Assembly: GCA_019637975.1 (NCBI GenBank)
Contig: JAHBUR010000008.1
Location: 77,169 to 141,168, forward strand
Length of the DNA stretch: 64,000 nt
Direction: 5' to 3'
Origin: Bacteroidota bacterium
GTDB lineage: Bacteria > Bacteroidota > Ignavibacteria > UBA10030 > UBA6906
Both the position numbers and the translations under genes were made by a program. The notes beneath the pieces were generated by a model. That model worked only from the letters and a program-made list of their open reading frames with translations, ran no database searches and was not told the origin of the DNA. This document shows, piece by piece, positions 8,862 through 17,672 of the stretch (its first letter is position 1; each line of letters begins with the position of its first letter).

Positions 8862-10337
8862 ATGTTCATCACATTGCTGCTCAAAGAACTCCGCTCCATC
8901 CTTCTCAGTCCGAAATTCACGACAACATTTGCTGTAGTCTCCATACTTCTGTTGCTGAGCGTGTATGTCGGAATTCAGGAATTTCATTCATACACCCGGC
9001 AGTATCATGCCGCCAACGAGCTGGTCCGCCAGGAGATGAGGGAAGCAAGAGGGTGGATGCAGTTGAACACCCGCGTGTACCGCGAACCCGACCCGATGCA
9101 GATCTTCGTCTCGGGCGTCCACAACGATGTGGGGCGTGTCTCGGGCATTACCAACTGGCAACCGGTGAAACTTGTCAACAGCACGTACAGCGACGACCCG
9201 ATCTTTGCATTCTTCCGCTTCATTGATTTCACGTTTATCGTTCAGGTTGTCTTGACGCTGTTCGCAATCCTCTTTACGTACGATGCCGTGAACGGAGAAC
9301 GTGAACGCGGCACGTTGCAGCTTCTCCTCTCGAATGCCGTCCCTCGGGCAAGTCTTGTTATAGCAAAATTCGCCGGTACATGGTTTGGACTCGTATTACC
9401 GCTGGCGATTCCCGTGCTCATCAGTCTTCTCCTCCTTCCGTTGTTGGGCATACCGATGACAAGCGACCATTGGCTGAGACTCGGATTGCTTCTCGGGGCA
9501 TCGCTGCTTCTGTTTACGTTCTTCATGGCATTCGGCGTCCTGGTCTCATTGTTGACGAGAAGGTCGAGCGTGTCGTTCCTCTTCTGTCTTGTTGCGTGGG
9601 TTTCAGGCGTCTTGATCATCCCGCGCGCTGCGGTGATGCTCGCAGGCCGGATTGTGCAGGTTCCGACAGTAGCGGAAGTCGAGGCGCGCCAGGACAGCTA
9701 TGCGAAGGATCAATGGAGCGTTCACATGAAGGAGCTGGGGGAAGAATGGCGGAAGCGCAACACATGGTTGCAGCAGTTTCCCGAAAACGAACGTTCCACA
9801 AAGAGAGAGGAAATGGAATGGGAATGGGCCGAACAGGATGACGGCAGCCGCAAACTTGTACAAAACGCCATCGACGAAAATGCCCGCATCTTAAAAGAAG
9901 AACTCCGCAACAGAAAACATGAACAAGAACGTCTCGCGTTTATGCTGTCGCGATTCTCGCCCGTCTCGGCATTCCAGTTAGCAGTCATGAATCTTGCCGA
10001 AACCGATATCACGCTGAAAGCGCGCTACGAGGACGCTTTGAACATCTACCGGACTGCCTTCAACCGGTACAAACAGCAGAAGCAGAAGGAGTCGGGCGAC
10101 TCGGGAGGTATCAGGATTTCCGTCGACAGCGAGCGGGGGGTCAAGATCGATACGGGACGGGAGATCGCGCTCGACCTCAGCGGCATTCCGGAGTTCACCC
10201 GGGAGCGTGCATCAATCAGTTCTGTGCTTGCACGAAGCATCGTGGATTTCGGTTTACTGAGTCTATTCTCTCTGATTGCTTTCGCCGCGGCGTTCGTTAT
10301 GTTCCTCAGGTACGATGTGCGTTACTCGGCTGGATGA
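8862..10337 (+). CDS. ABC-2 family permease, paralog of preceding gene
   Basis: Same architecture and conserved blocks as 7394..8806 (DPIFAFFRFIDFTFIVQVVLTLFAILFTYDAVNGERERGTLQL; C-terminal FLRYDVR). Confidence 0.7.
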   Translation: MFITLLLKELRSILLSPKFTTTFAVVSILLLLSVYVGIQEFHSYTRQYHAANELVRQEMREARGWMQLNTRVYREPDPMQIFVSGVHNDVGRVSGITNWQPVKLVNSTYSDDPIFAFFRFIDFTFIVQVVLTLFAILFTYDAVNGERERGTLQLLLSNAVPRASLVIAKFAGTWFGLVLPLAIPVLISLLLLPLLGIPMTSDHWLRLGLLLGASLLLFTFFMAFGVLVSLLTRRSSVSFLFCLVAWVSGVLIIPRAAVMLAGRIVQVPTVAEVEARQDSYAKDQWSVHMKELGEEWRKRNTWLQQFPENERSTKREEMEWEWAEQDDGSRKLVQNAIDENARILKEELRNRKHEQERLAFMLSRFSPVSAFQLAVMNLAETDITLKARYEDALNIYRTAFNRYKQQKQKESGDSGGIRISVDSERGVKIDTGREIALDLSGIPEFTRERASISSVLARSIVDFGLLSLFSLIAFAAAFVMFLRYDVRYSAG

Positions 10338-10409
10338 AGTCTGGAATTCCGCTGCAACCTTTTGTATCTTTGCAGAGGCAAACCGGGCAACGTCTTCTTC
10401 TCTATACAC

Positions 10410-11096
10410 ATGCCGCGAGCAAAAGAACTCTCATTTCATGCAAGCGAATCATCGGGACGCGTCAGCGCATTGCTGCTGAAGCCGAAGAATGCAACCTGTC
10501 TTCTTCTCTTCGCCCACGGCGCGGGAGCGGATATGCGGCACCATTTCATGGAAAACGCGTCGCAGGAACTTGCCCGGAACGGCATCGCAACTCTTCGCTA
10601 CAATTTCCCTTTCACCGAGAAAGGCTCGAGGCGTCCCGACCCGAAACCCGTTCTTCTGGCAACAGTCCGCTCCGCCGTCGCGCTTGCCGGCAGCATCGCT
10701 GAAGGACTCCCGATCTTTGCGGGAGGCAAATCGATGGGAGGGAGAATGACATCGCTTGCCGCATCCGAAGAGCCGCTTCCGCGGGTGAACGGACTTATCT
10801 TCTTCGGTTTCCCGTTGCATCCAGCCGGAGAACCATCCACCGAAAGGGCACAACATCTCTCAAACGTCAAACTGCCGATGTTGTTCTTGCAGGGAACGCG
10901 TGATGCGCTCGCCGATCTTGGCTTGCTGAAACCCGTCTGCAAGAAATTGGGCAAACGCGCAACGTTGTTTGTTATTGAAGAAGCAGATCATTCATTTCAT
11001 GTGCCGAAGCGAACGGGCAGAAGCGATGAGGATGTTTTGACTGAACTCGCCCGAACCTTCACCGAATGGTCTTCTGAACTAATTTCTCCACGATGA
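10410..11096 (+). CDS. alpha/beta-fold hydrolase (COG3571-like predicted esterase)
   Basis: Nucleophile elbow GGKSMGG and an HGAGAD motif. Start placed at the internal ATG (MPRAKELSF); the longest ORF starts at 10362. Confidence 0.7.
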   Translation: MPRAKELSFHASESSGRVSALLLKPKNATCLLLFAHGAGADMRHHFMENASQELARNGIATLRYNFPFTEKGSRRPDPKPVLLATVRSAVALAGSIAEGLPIFAGGKSMGGRMTSLAASEEPLPRVNGLIFFGFPLHPAGEPSTERAQHLSNVKLPMLFLQGTRDALADLGLLKPVCKKLGKRATLFVIEEADHSFHVPKRTGRSDEDVLTELARTFTEWSSELISPR

Positions 11097-11995
11097 ACTT
11101 CCTTCTCATCGCTTTTTGTCTTACCGCCGGATGGCTCCTTCAGCGTTCGCGTATTCTTCCGAAAGATGCGCACAGGGGAATCAACATTTGGATTCTCTAC
11201 ATCGCCTTGCCTTCTGTCGCTCTGTTCTATGTGCCGGCAATAACCTGGACGTCGGAGCTCATCATCCCTGTAACGATGCCGTTCATCGTCTGGGCCGGCG
11301 CGTGGGCTGCGATAACACTCGCTGCACGCCGGTTCGCAATCGACAGGATGACTCAATCGGCGTTGTTGCTCACAGCAGGTTTGGGCAACACGTCGTTCCT
11401 CGGTTTTCCTCTCACACAGGCGTACTTCGGCGAAGAGGGGTTGCGGATAGCTGTCATATGTGATCAACTCTCCTTTGTCGTTCTCTCAACGCTGGGCGTC
11501 ATGACGGCGATTCACGCTTCATCCGATGGAAAAGCGAACATCACGAAGATTGCCGGAAACGTCTTCCGGTTTCCACCTTTTCTCGCTTTTGTTGCTGCTA
11601 TTCTCCTGCCACCGTTCGTAAATCTTCAATTGTTCAATCCGTTGTTCGAGAAGTTGTCGGATACACTTATCCCTCTCGCCCTTTTCTCGGTGGGGTTGCA
11701 GGTCCGGTTTTCTGAAATGAAAAGCGATGCGCGCAACCTTGCGCTGGGGCTTGCCTCCAAGCTGATACTTGCGCCAGCTCTTGTGCTTCTCGTCGCGCTA
11801 CTTGTCCAAGCGAAGGGGGTGATTCCGCAAACAAGCGTATTCGAAGCTGCGACGGCGCCGATGATCACCTCTGCAATTCTCGCGGCGGAGTACCGGCTCA
11901 ATCCCCGCCTGTCGAACTTGATGGTGAGCATTGGAGTCCCGCTCTCGCTTGTCACAACGGCGCTTTGGTGGTTCGTCGTAACCCGAGTGCTGTAG
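11093..11995 (+). CDS. AEC (auxin efflux carrier) family permease
   Basis: About 10 TM helices, 300 aa, and an AEC/malate-permease-like N-terminus (MNFLLIAFCLTAGWLLQRSRILPKD). Overlaps the previous stop by 4 nt. Confidence 0.8.
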   Translation: MNFLLIAFCLTAGWLLQRSRILPKDAHRGINIWILYIALPSVALFYVPAITWTSELIIPVTMPFIVWAGAWAAITLAARRFAIDRMTQSALLLTAGLGNTSFLGFPLTQAYFGEEGLRIAVICDQLSFVVLSTLGVMTAIHASSDGKANITKIAGNVFRFPPFLAFVAAILLPPFVNLQLFNPLFEKLSDTLIPLALFSVGLQVRFSEMKSDARNLALGLASKLILAPALVLLVALLVQAKGVIPQTSVFEAATAPMITSAILAAEYRLNPRLSNLMVSIGVPLSLVTTALWWFVVTRVL

Positions 11996-12038
11996 CAGCA
12001 ATTCTTGCATCTCCGCTCTTCTGCTTCTATATTCCCAC

Positions 12039-12923
12039 ATGAAACATTACCGCATTCTACCGGCACATCAAAGCCTCGTTGTTCTTCTCCTTCTGTTCAT
12101 CGCTTCATCATCTTTCTCTCAGGTCAGCATCATTGACGATTTGCAGCGAACCGTTATTCTTCGCTCGCCTGCACAACGCATCGTTTCGCTTGCACCGAGC
12201 ATCACCGAGACACTGTTTGCAGTCGGCGCAGGAGATCAGATCGTGGGGGTAACAGACTACTGCAACTATCCGGCAGAGGCAAAGACGAAACAGCGTGTCG
12301 GCGGCGTCATCAATCCCAACATCGAAACCATCATCAGTCTGAAGCCGGATTTGATTGTGCTGAGCATGGAAGGAAATGTGAGAGAGGATTTCAACAAACT
12401 GACGGGTTTCGGCATTCCTGTGTTTGTGACGAACCCGCGTTCCCTCGACGGCATCTACACATCCATCTCTCAACTCGGAACACTAACCGGACGCGCGGCG
12501 CAAGCGATGACGGTTGTCCATTCGCTGAAGACACGCGCAGACTCGATCGTTCTCGCGGCATCGGCATCGAAAAGGCATACAGTGCTGCTGTTTGTTTCTC
12601 TTCAGCCGGTCATCGTTGTCGGGCAAGGGACGTTTCTGGCAGAACTGATCTCGCTTGCGGGAGGAGTGAACACTGCTGCGAAAGCTTCGTCAACCTATCC
12701 GGCGTACAGCCGTGAAGCCGTATTGAAGGACAATCCCGATGTACTTATTTTTCTGTCGGATGTTCTTTCCGATCCTGCCGGCCTCATTCACCTGTACCCC
12801 GAATGGTCAACATTGAACGCATACCGGCAGAAGAAGATTTTCAGGATTGATTCAGATATTGTATCGCGTCCCGGTCCCCGCGCAATCGAGGGACTTGAGG
12901 CGCTGCACAAACTTATCCACTAA
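12039..12923 (+). CDS. periplasmic ABC substrate-binding protein, BtuF/FecB cobalamin-siderophore class
   Basis: Signal peptide. Hallmark motif RIVSLAPSITETLFAVGAGDQIVGVTDYCNYP of BtuF-like binding proteins. No cognate permease or ATPase lies adjacent. Confidence 0.8.
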   Translation: MKHYRILPAHQSLVVLLLLFIASSSFSQVSIIDDLQRTVILRSPAQRIVSLAPSITETLFAVGAGDQIVGVTDYCNYPAEAKTKQRVGGVINPNIETIISLKPDLIVLSMEGNVREDFNKLTGFGIPVFVTNPRSLDGIYTSISQLGTLTGRAAQAMTVVHSLKTRADSIVLAASASKRHTVLLFVSLQPVIVVGQGTFLAELISLAGGVNTAAKASSTYPAYSREAVLKDNPDVLIFLSDVLSDPAGLIHLYPEWSTLNAYRQKKIFRIDSDIVSRPGPRAIEGLEALHKLIH

Positions 12924-12931
12924 GGACACGA

Positions 12932-13621
12932 ATGAACACGAAGAAAAGACCAGTAAAAGCAAACCGCGGAAAGTCAGGGGGAAAACGTCGCGTAACGAAA
13001 AGATCGAGGAGGAAGGTCTTCATCGCAGTCGCTGGCAACATCGGCGCCGGCAAATCGTCGCTGACGAATCTGCTGAGCTTGCGCTACGGATGGAAGCCGT
13101 TCTTTGAATCGGTCGAGGATAATCCGTACCTCAGCGACTTCTATGCCGACATGAAGCGCTGGTCGTTCAACCTGCAAGTCTATTTTCTCTCCAACCGTTT
13201 CCGCAGTCACAAGGCGATCACCGAGGGGCCGGAGTCGGTAATACTCGACAGGGTGATTTACGAAGATGCCGAGATTTTTGCGCGCAACCTCTATGAGATC
13301 GGCAACATGGAACGCCGCGACTACGAGAACTACGTTGCGCTGTATGAAGTGATGACAGAGTACCTCCGCCCGCCGGACTTGCTGATTTACCTGCGCGCCA
13401 ATGTTGACACGTTAGTCAAGCAAATCTCGCTACGCGGCCGGGACTTCGAGCAGTCCATCAAGAAGGAATACCTCGAACAACTCAACAAGCACTACGAGTC
13501 CTGGATTGCCCGCTACAAAAAAGGCCCGCTGCTCGTCGTCGAATCCGACGAGCTGGATTTTGTGAACAAGCAGGAAGATTTAGAACGGTTGGTGAGGATG
13601 ATTGAGAGGAAGTTGGGGTAA
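12932..13621 (+). CDS. deoxynucleoside kinase (dCK/dGK family)
   Basis: P-loop IAVAGNIGAGKSSL. dNK motifs (FESVEDNPYL; DRVIYEDAEIFARN; LIYLRANVDT). Confidence 0.85.
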   Translation: MNTKKRPVKANRGKSGGKRRVTKRSRRKVFIAVAGNIGAGKSSLTNLLSLRYGWKPFFESVEDNPYLSDFYADMKRWSFNLQVYFLSNRFRSHKAITEGPESVILDRVIYEDAEIFARNLYEIGNMERRDYENYVALYEVMTEYLRPPDLLIYLRANVDTLVKQISLRGRDFEQSIKKEYLEQLNKHYESWIARYKKGPLLVVESDELDFVNKQEDLERLVRMIERKLG

Positions 13622-13676
13622 TCATTTCCAAATGAAGTTGGTTTTGGATTGTTTGCAAACGAAACAAGAACCCAAA

Positions 13677-14135
13677 ATGGAATGCCTTATGAAACTTACA
13701 AAAGCTGATGTCGCTAAGTCGGGTCTAGTACCTGGTCTGCGAAAGCTCATTGGAGATTGGCAGCCAACCGAGTTTGATAGTGAACTCAAGTATCGAGACT
13801 CTCTCCTTGCCTACATTCGTGAAGCTGTCCCCAGCGATTGCTCAGTCGAAAAGGAGTACCGACATACAGGCACCACAACTGACATCTGTGTGAAGTGGTC
13901 TGGAATGCTCTTCAAGGGTGAGGCGTTCATTGAGGTGAAGAGAAACTTGGACAAGAAACCAACTTTGGATCGCTTGATCGGGCAGCTGGAGGCTCTGCAA
14001 CCTGGCAAACGCGGAATTTTGGTTGTTTTGGTGGGCAGAACTGATGAAGCCATGCTTGGACGACTGAAAGAAAAATACAGGCGTTACTTTGACGAGTTCC
14101 AGTTTGAGCAACCCTTGGCAATTATTGTCAAGTAG
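13677..14135 (+). CDS. hypothetical protein, candidate PD-(D/E)XK nuclease fold, in a low-GC patch
   Basis: Intact 152-aa ORF. GC and codon usage visibly differ from neighbours, with TTG/AAA-rich codons. Contains E...TTDICVK...IEVKRN, an E/D/ExK-like spacing. Start chosen at the ATG giving MECLMKLTK; alternatives are 13632 and 13689. Confidence 0.4.
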   Translation: MECLMKLTKADVAKSGLVPGLRKLIGDWQPTEFDSELKYRDSLLAYIREAVPSDCSVEKEYRHTGTTTDICVKWSGMLFKGEAFIEVKRNLDKKPTLDRLIGQLEALQPGKRGILVVLVGRTDEAMLGRLKEKYRRYFDEFQFEQPLAIIVK

Positions 14136-14246
14136 ATCCTTCTTGGCTATCGCGGCAGAGAGGGCAGTCGCAGCGACGTGACAGCGGCGCCGGTCCAGTA
14201 TCATATGGAAACAGTATGAATAGTAATTAGGCAAGGAGAACACATT

Positions 14247-14678
14247 GTGAATCTGTACGCTCTTGCAGTAGGCATTGCCGTCGCAATACTCGTCGTGGTG
14301 TTGTTTCGGAAGACGAAATTAGAAAAGGGTAACTGGGTGTATCCGCTGCTGCTCTCGACATTTCCGGTGTACTATCTGGTATTCGCCGTCTACGGCTCTG
14401 ACTACACAGCGTTGCAAAGCGAGTTGCTTGCCGGTGTATTGTTCCTTGCCCTGTCGTATTGGGCATATCGTTTACGCAGCTTCACTGCCTTGTTTGTTTT
14501 GGCAATCGGCTACGTAGGCCATGCACTCTATGATTTTGTTCACAATGCCTTGTTTGTAAATTCCGGTGCACCCTTGTGGTGGCCTGAGTTCTGTGGCTCC
14601 GTCGATTTGCTCATTGGCATCTATCTTTTGGCATTGGGCATTTCAGTGAAAATGGCTCAAGAGAAGATCGCAGCGTGA
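14247..14678 (+). CDS. small integral membrane protein (4 TM), hypothetical
   Basis: GTG start preceded by AAGGAGA. Four hydrophobic helices. No recognised family. Confidence 0.5.
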   Translation: MNLYALAVGIAVAILVVVLFRKTKLEKGNWVYPLLLSTFPVYYLVFAVYGSDYTALQSELLAGVLFLALSYWAYRLRSFTALFVLAIGYVGHALYDFVHNALFVNSGAPLWWPEFCGSVDLLIGIYLLALGISVKMAQEKIAA

Positions 14679-14702
14679 CTCTTCTTCACACATCAGGTTC
14701 CC

Positions 14703-15386
14703 ATGAGCGAAGGTAAAAATATCGATGCGACATTCTGTTTCGTCGATATCGCCGGGTATACCGCGCTCACCGACTCGCACGGCGAAGTTGCGGCCGCCGA
14801 CCTCATAGACGATTTCAGTGAATTGATTCGGACATCCGTCGGGCCACCGGGACAAATCCAGGAACTCATCGGTGATTGCGCGTTTCTCGTATTCCCGGAT
14901 CCCTTTGTTGCATTGGACGCTCTGTCGGCCCTCTACAAAGTTATCGCGACGCGGGCAAGTTTCCCTGTTGTTCGGGCAGGTGTACATCACGGGCCGGCAC
15001 TACTCCGGGGAAACCGTTACTTTGGTTCAACGGTGAATCTTACGGCACGAGTAGCTGCACAAGCGAAGGGGGGCCAGGTTCTGGGCACAAAGCGTATTGT
15101 CGACATCATCAGCGAGGCGGGTTCGTCCAAAATTGAAGTTGAGCACCAGGGACTGATTTCTCTCAAAAACCTGCCGCAGCCTGTCGATTTGTATGAAATA
15201 GTTCTGTCCGGTTTCTCGCACGAATACGCCATTGATCCCGTCTGCAAAATGCAAGTCGATATTGGACGTGCCGCGGGAGAACTCCACGTTGACGGGAAGA
15301 AATATTGGTTTTGTTCGCTTTCCTGTGTTGAACGGTTTGCGAAGGAGCCTTCGTCGTACGTTCGGGTGGATTCGAACACGAGGTGA
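14703..15386 (+). CDS. class III adenylate/guanylate cyclase catalytic domain fused to C-terminal YHS (metal-binding) domain
   Basis: Cyclase motifs FCFVDIAGYT (metal Asp), IGDCAFLVF (second Asp), VNLTARV. C-terminal CKMQV...KKYWFCSLSCVERFAKEPSSY matches the YHS/TRASH Cys pattern. Confidence 0.75.
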   Translation: MSEGKNIDATFCFVDIAGYTALTDSHGEVAAADLIDDFSELIRTSVGPPGQIQELIGDCAFLVFPDPFVALDALSALYKVIATRASFPVVRAGVHHGPALLRGNRYFGSTVNLTARVAAQAKGGQVLGTKRIVDIISEAGSSKIEVEHQGLISLKNLPQPVDLYEIVLSGFSHEYAIDPVCKMQVDIGRAAGELHVDGKKYWFCSLSCVERFAKEPSSYVRVDSNTR

Positions 15387-15410
15387 ATGAAGAAATTAAG
15401 GAACCGATAG

Positions 15411-15806
15411 ATGAACCAATCCCTCGGTCTTGTTTCTCTCGTCGTCCGGGAATATGACGAAGCGTTGGATTTCTTTGTCGGCAAGCTCGGCTTCGAGTTG
15501 GTGGAAGACACTTACATTCCGGAACAAGACAAACGCTGGGTTGTTGTCAAACCGCGGGGAGTTGGCGGGTCGGGCTTGTTGCTCGCAAGGGCTTCAAACG
15601 AAGAGCAGAAGTCGCGTATCGGGAATCAGACAGGGGGGCGGGTATTTCTTTTTCTCTACACGGATGACTTCCGGCGGGACTATGAGGCGTTTCGAGCGAA
15701 GGGCATAACGTTTGTTCGAGAACCGCGGCACGAGGCCTACGGAACGGTGGCCGTCTTTGAAGACCTCTACGGCAACAAGTGGGATTTGATCGAGCCTTCG
15801 CAATAA
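15411..15806 (+). CDS. VOC family protein (glyoxalase/bleomycin-resistance fold)
   Basis: 131 aa. The paired beta-alpha-beta-beta-beta pattern LVSLVVREYDEALDFFVGKLGFEL ... VFEDLYGNKWDLIE is typical of VOC proteins. Confidence 0.75.
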   Translation: MNQSLGLVSLVVREYDEALDFFVGKLGFELVEDTYIPEQDKRWVVVKPRGVGGSGLLLARASNEEQKSRIGNQTGGRVFLFLYTDDFRRDYEAFRAKGITFVREPRHEAYGTVAVFEDLYGNKWDLIEPSQ

Positions 15807-15837
15807 CTCCCGCTGACAACAGAATAAGGAGATCATA

Positions 15838-16227
15838 ATGCACTCGGATACGAAGAAATACAATAAGGTCCAGTCGCCGGGCGAGCGGGCGATTTGCCAG
15901 CTTCTCGCGGAACAGATCGACCGAAAGCTGCCCGAAGCGGAGAACAAGATTTGGCACGCTCATCCCGTCTGGTTTCTCGACGGGAACCCTATCGTCGGGT
16001 ACAGCAAGCTGAAAGAGTGCATACGCCTGCTCTTTTGGAGCGGCCAGTCCTTCAAGCAGAAGGGGCTGAAGAAGGAAGGGAGCTTCAAGGCCGCTGAGGC
16101 CCGATTCACTGCTGTCGATCAGGTCGATACAACGTTGCTCGGGCGCTGGTTGACTGAGGCGAGAGACATTCAGTGGGACTACAAAAACCTGATCCGGAGA
16201 AAAGGCCGGCTCATGCGATTGAAGTAG
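15838..16227 (+). CDS. DUF1801 (YdhG-like) domain protein
   Basis: 129 aa. The motif ICQLLAEQIDRKLPEAENKIWHAHPVWFLDGNPIVGYSKLK is typical of DUF1801. Confidence 0.6.
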   Translation: MHSDTKKYNKVQSPGERAICQLLAEQIDRKLPEAENKIWHAHPVWFLDGNPIVGYSKLKECIRLLFWSGQSFKQKGLKKEGSFKAAEARFTAVDQVDTTLLGRWLTEARDIQWDYKNLIRRKGRLMRLK

Positions 16228-16285
16228 AGGCGCGCGTTGGGAGTCCGGCTGTCTATGAAAAGCACCTCGTGCTTCGCTCGCATGG

Positions 16286-16747
16286 TCACGACGAACGGCG
16301 TTCTTCCTCCGCTCCCAGTCTCGCCAGCTCGTCCGCCCGCTCGTTTAACTCGACGCCGGCGTGACCTTCCACTTTATAGAACTTCACGTTCAGTCCCTCC
16401 AGCAACTCCAGCAATCTCACCCATAAATCCTTGTTCTCGACCGGCTGCTTCTTCGCGTTTTTCCAGCCGTTCTTTTCCCATCGAACATACCATTTCTGGT
16501 GCATGCAGTTGACGAGGTAGGCGCTGTCCGAGTAGATGGTGATCGGTTTGTCCTTTGCTTTGATGGCTTCGAGCGCTTTGATGCAGGCCGTCAGTTCCAT
16601 CCGCTGGTTGGAGGTGTTGCGCTCGCCGCCGTGGAGTTCCTTGATGCGATCTTTGTACTTCAATACAACGCCCCATCCGCCGACGTTGCTGGCGGATTGG
16701 TTGCCCGAACAGGCGCCGTCGCAGTAAATGATAATCGAGTCGGACAT
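16286..16747 (-). CDS. rnhA: ribonuclease HI
   Basis: The DGAC..GG.G...E...TNNRMEL...D..Y fold is recognisable (IIIYCDGACSGN...GGERNTSNQRMELTA...IYSDSAYLVNCM...VEGHAGVELNERADELA). Start placed at the internal ATG (MSDSIIIY); the longest ORF reaches 16771. Confidence 0.9.
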   Translation of the reverse strand: MSDSIIIYCDGACSGNQSASNVGGWGVVLKYKDRIKELHGGERNTSNQRMELTACIKALEAIKAKDKPITIYSDSAYLVNCMHQKWYVRWEKNGWKNAKKQPVENKDLWVRLLELLEGLNVKFYKVEGHAGVELNERADELARLGAEEERRSS

Positions 16748-16853
16748 ATTTTTCTTGAAACAAAGCCACAAAGATCACCAAGGTTCACACAGGGGGCCTT
16801 CCCTTGTGCAGCTTTGTAGCACTTCGTGCCTGAGTGTTGAGAATTTTTTTTGG

Positions 16854-17672
16854 TTAGAAGAAGAACATCTTCACGGCAATCACCAGCAGGAACAAGGCGT
16901 AGAACTTGCGAAGGTTATCGGCGTGGGTTTTGTGCGCCACCATCGCTCCGTACCTCGCCATCGGCACCGTTCCGATGATGAGCGGAATCGAATGTACGTA
17001 GTCCACAAAGCCCATCGTGAAATCGGAAATCTGCGGCGCATACACATCAATTGTCGTCCAGCCTTTGACAATGTAGCCGATTGTGGATGCGAGTGCCGTT
17101 ATGACGATGCTTGCGCTTGATGTACCCAACGCTTTCTTCAACGGCACGCGGATAATATAGTACATCATCGGAATTGCAAACACGCCCCCGCCGACTCCCG
17201 CCAACGACGATACAAGCCCCACAATCAAACCGATGATGCCGAGCTTGATCGGATTGTAGTCCGTTTCGTTTCCCCCTTTTCCGCTCTTCTGCTCGACAAG
17301 CAACCGAACCGCAGCAATGACTACAACCGTGGCAAAAATCTGCTGCAGCGTTTTCCCCGGCAACTCCGCGGCAATACTCGCACCGGTAATCGACCCGATA
17401 ACGCTTGCTCCGCCCATGATGAAGACGATCCGCCAGAGGACATTGCCGTTCTTATTGTGTTGATGAGCGGAAGGGATGGAAGCGAAGATGACAATGAGAA
17501 GGCTCGTTCCCAGGGCAAGATGCGTTGCGACAAGCGAGGAGATGTTGATGTGGTGAAAGTAAAACACTAAAATGGGGACGAGAATGATCCCGCCCCCGAC
17601 ACCGAAGAATCCGGCAAGAAATCCCGCAACGCAGCCCGCCAACAGAAGAAGAACAAGCGCCAGCGGATCCAT
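16854..17672 (-). CDS. TauE/SafE family sulfite-exporter-like permease
   Basis: Two GVGGG repeats (FFGVGGGIILVPIL; LAGVGGGVFAIPMM). About 8 TM helices. Directly abuts the ctpA stop. Confidence 0.8.
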   Translation of the reverse strand: MDPLALVLLLLAGCVAGFLAGFFGVGGGIILVPILVFYFHHINISSLVATHLALGTSLLIVIFASIPSAHQHNKNGNVLWRIVFIMGGASVIGSITGASIAAELPGKTLQQIFATVVVIAAVRLLVEQKSGKGGNETDYNPIKLGIIGLIVGLVSSLAGVGGGVFAIPMMYYIIRVPLKKALGTSSASIVITALASTIGYIVKGWTTIDVYAPQISDFTMGFVDYVHSIPLIIGTVPMARYGAMVAHKTHADNLRKFYALFLLVIAVKMFFF

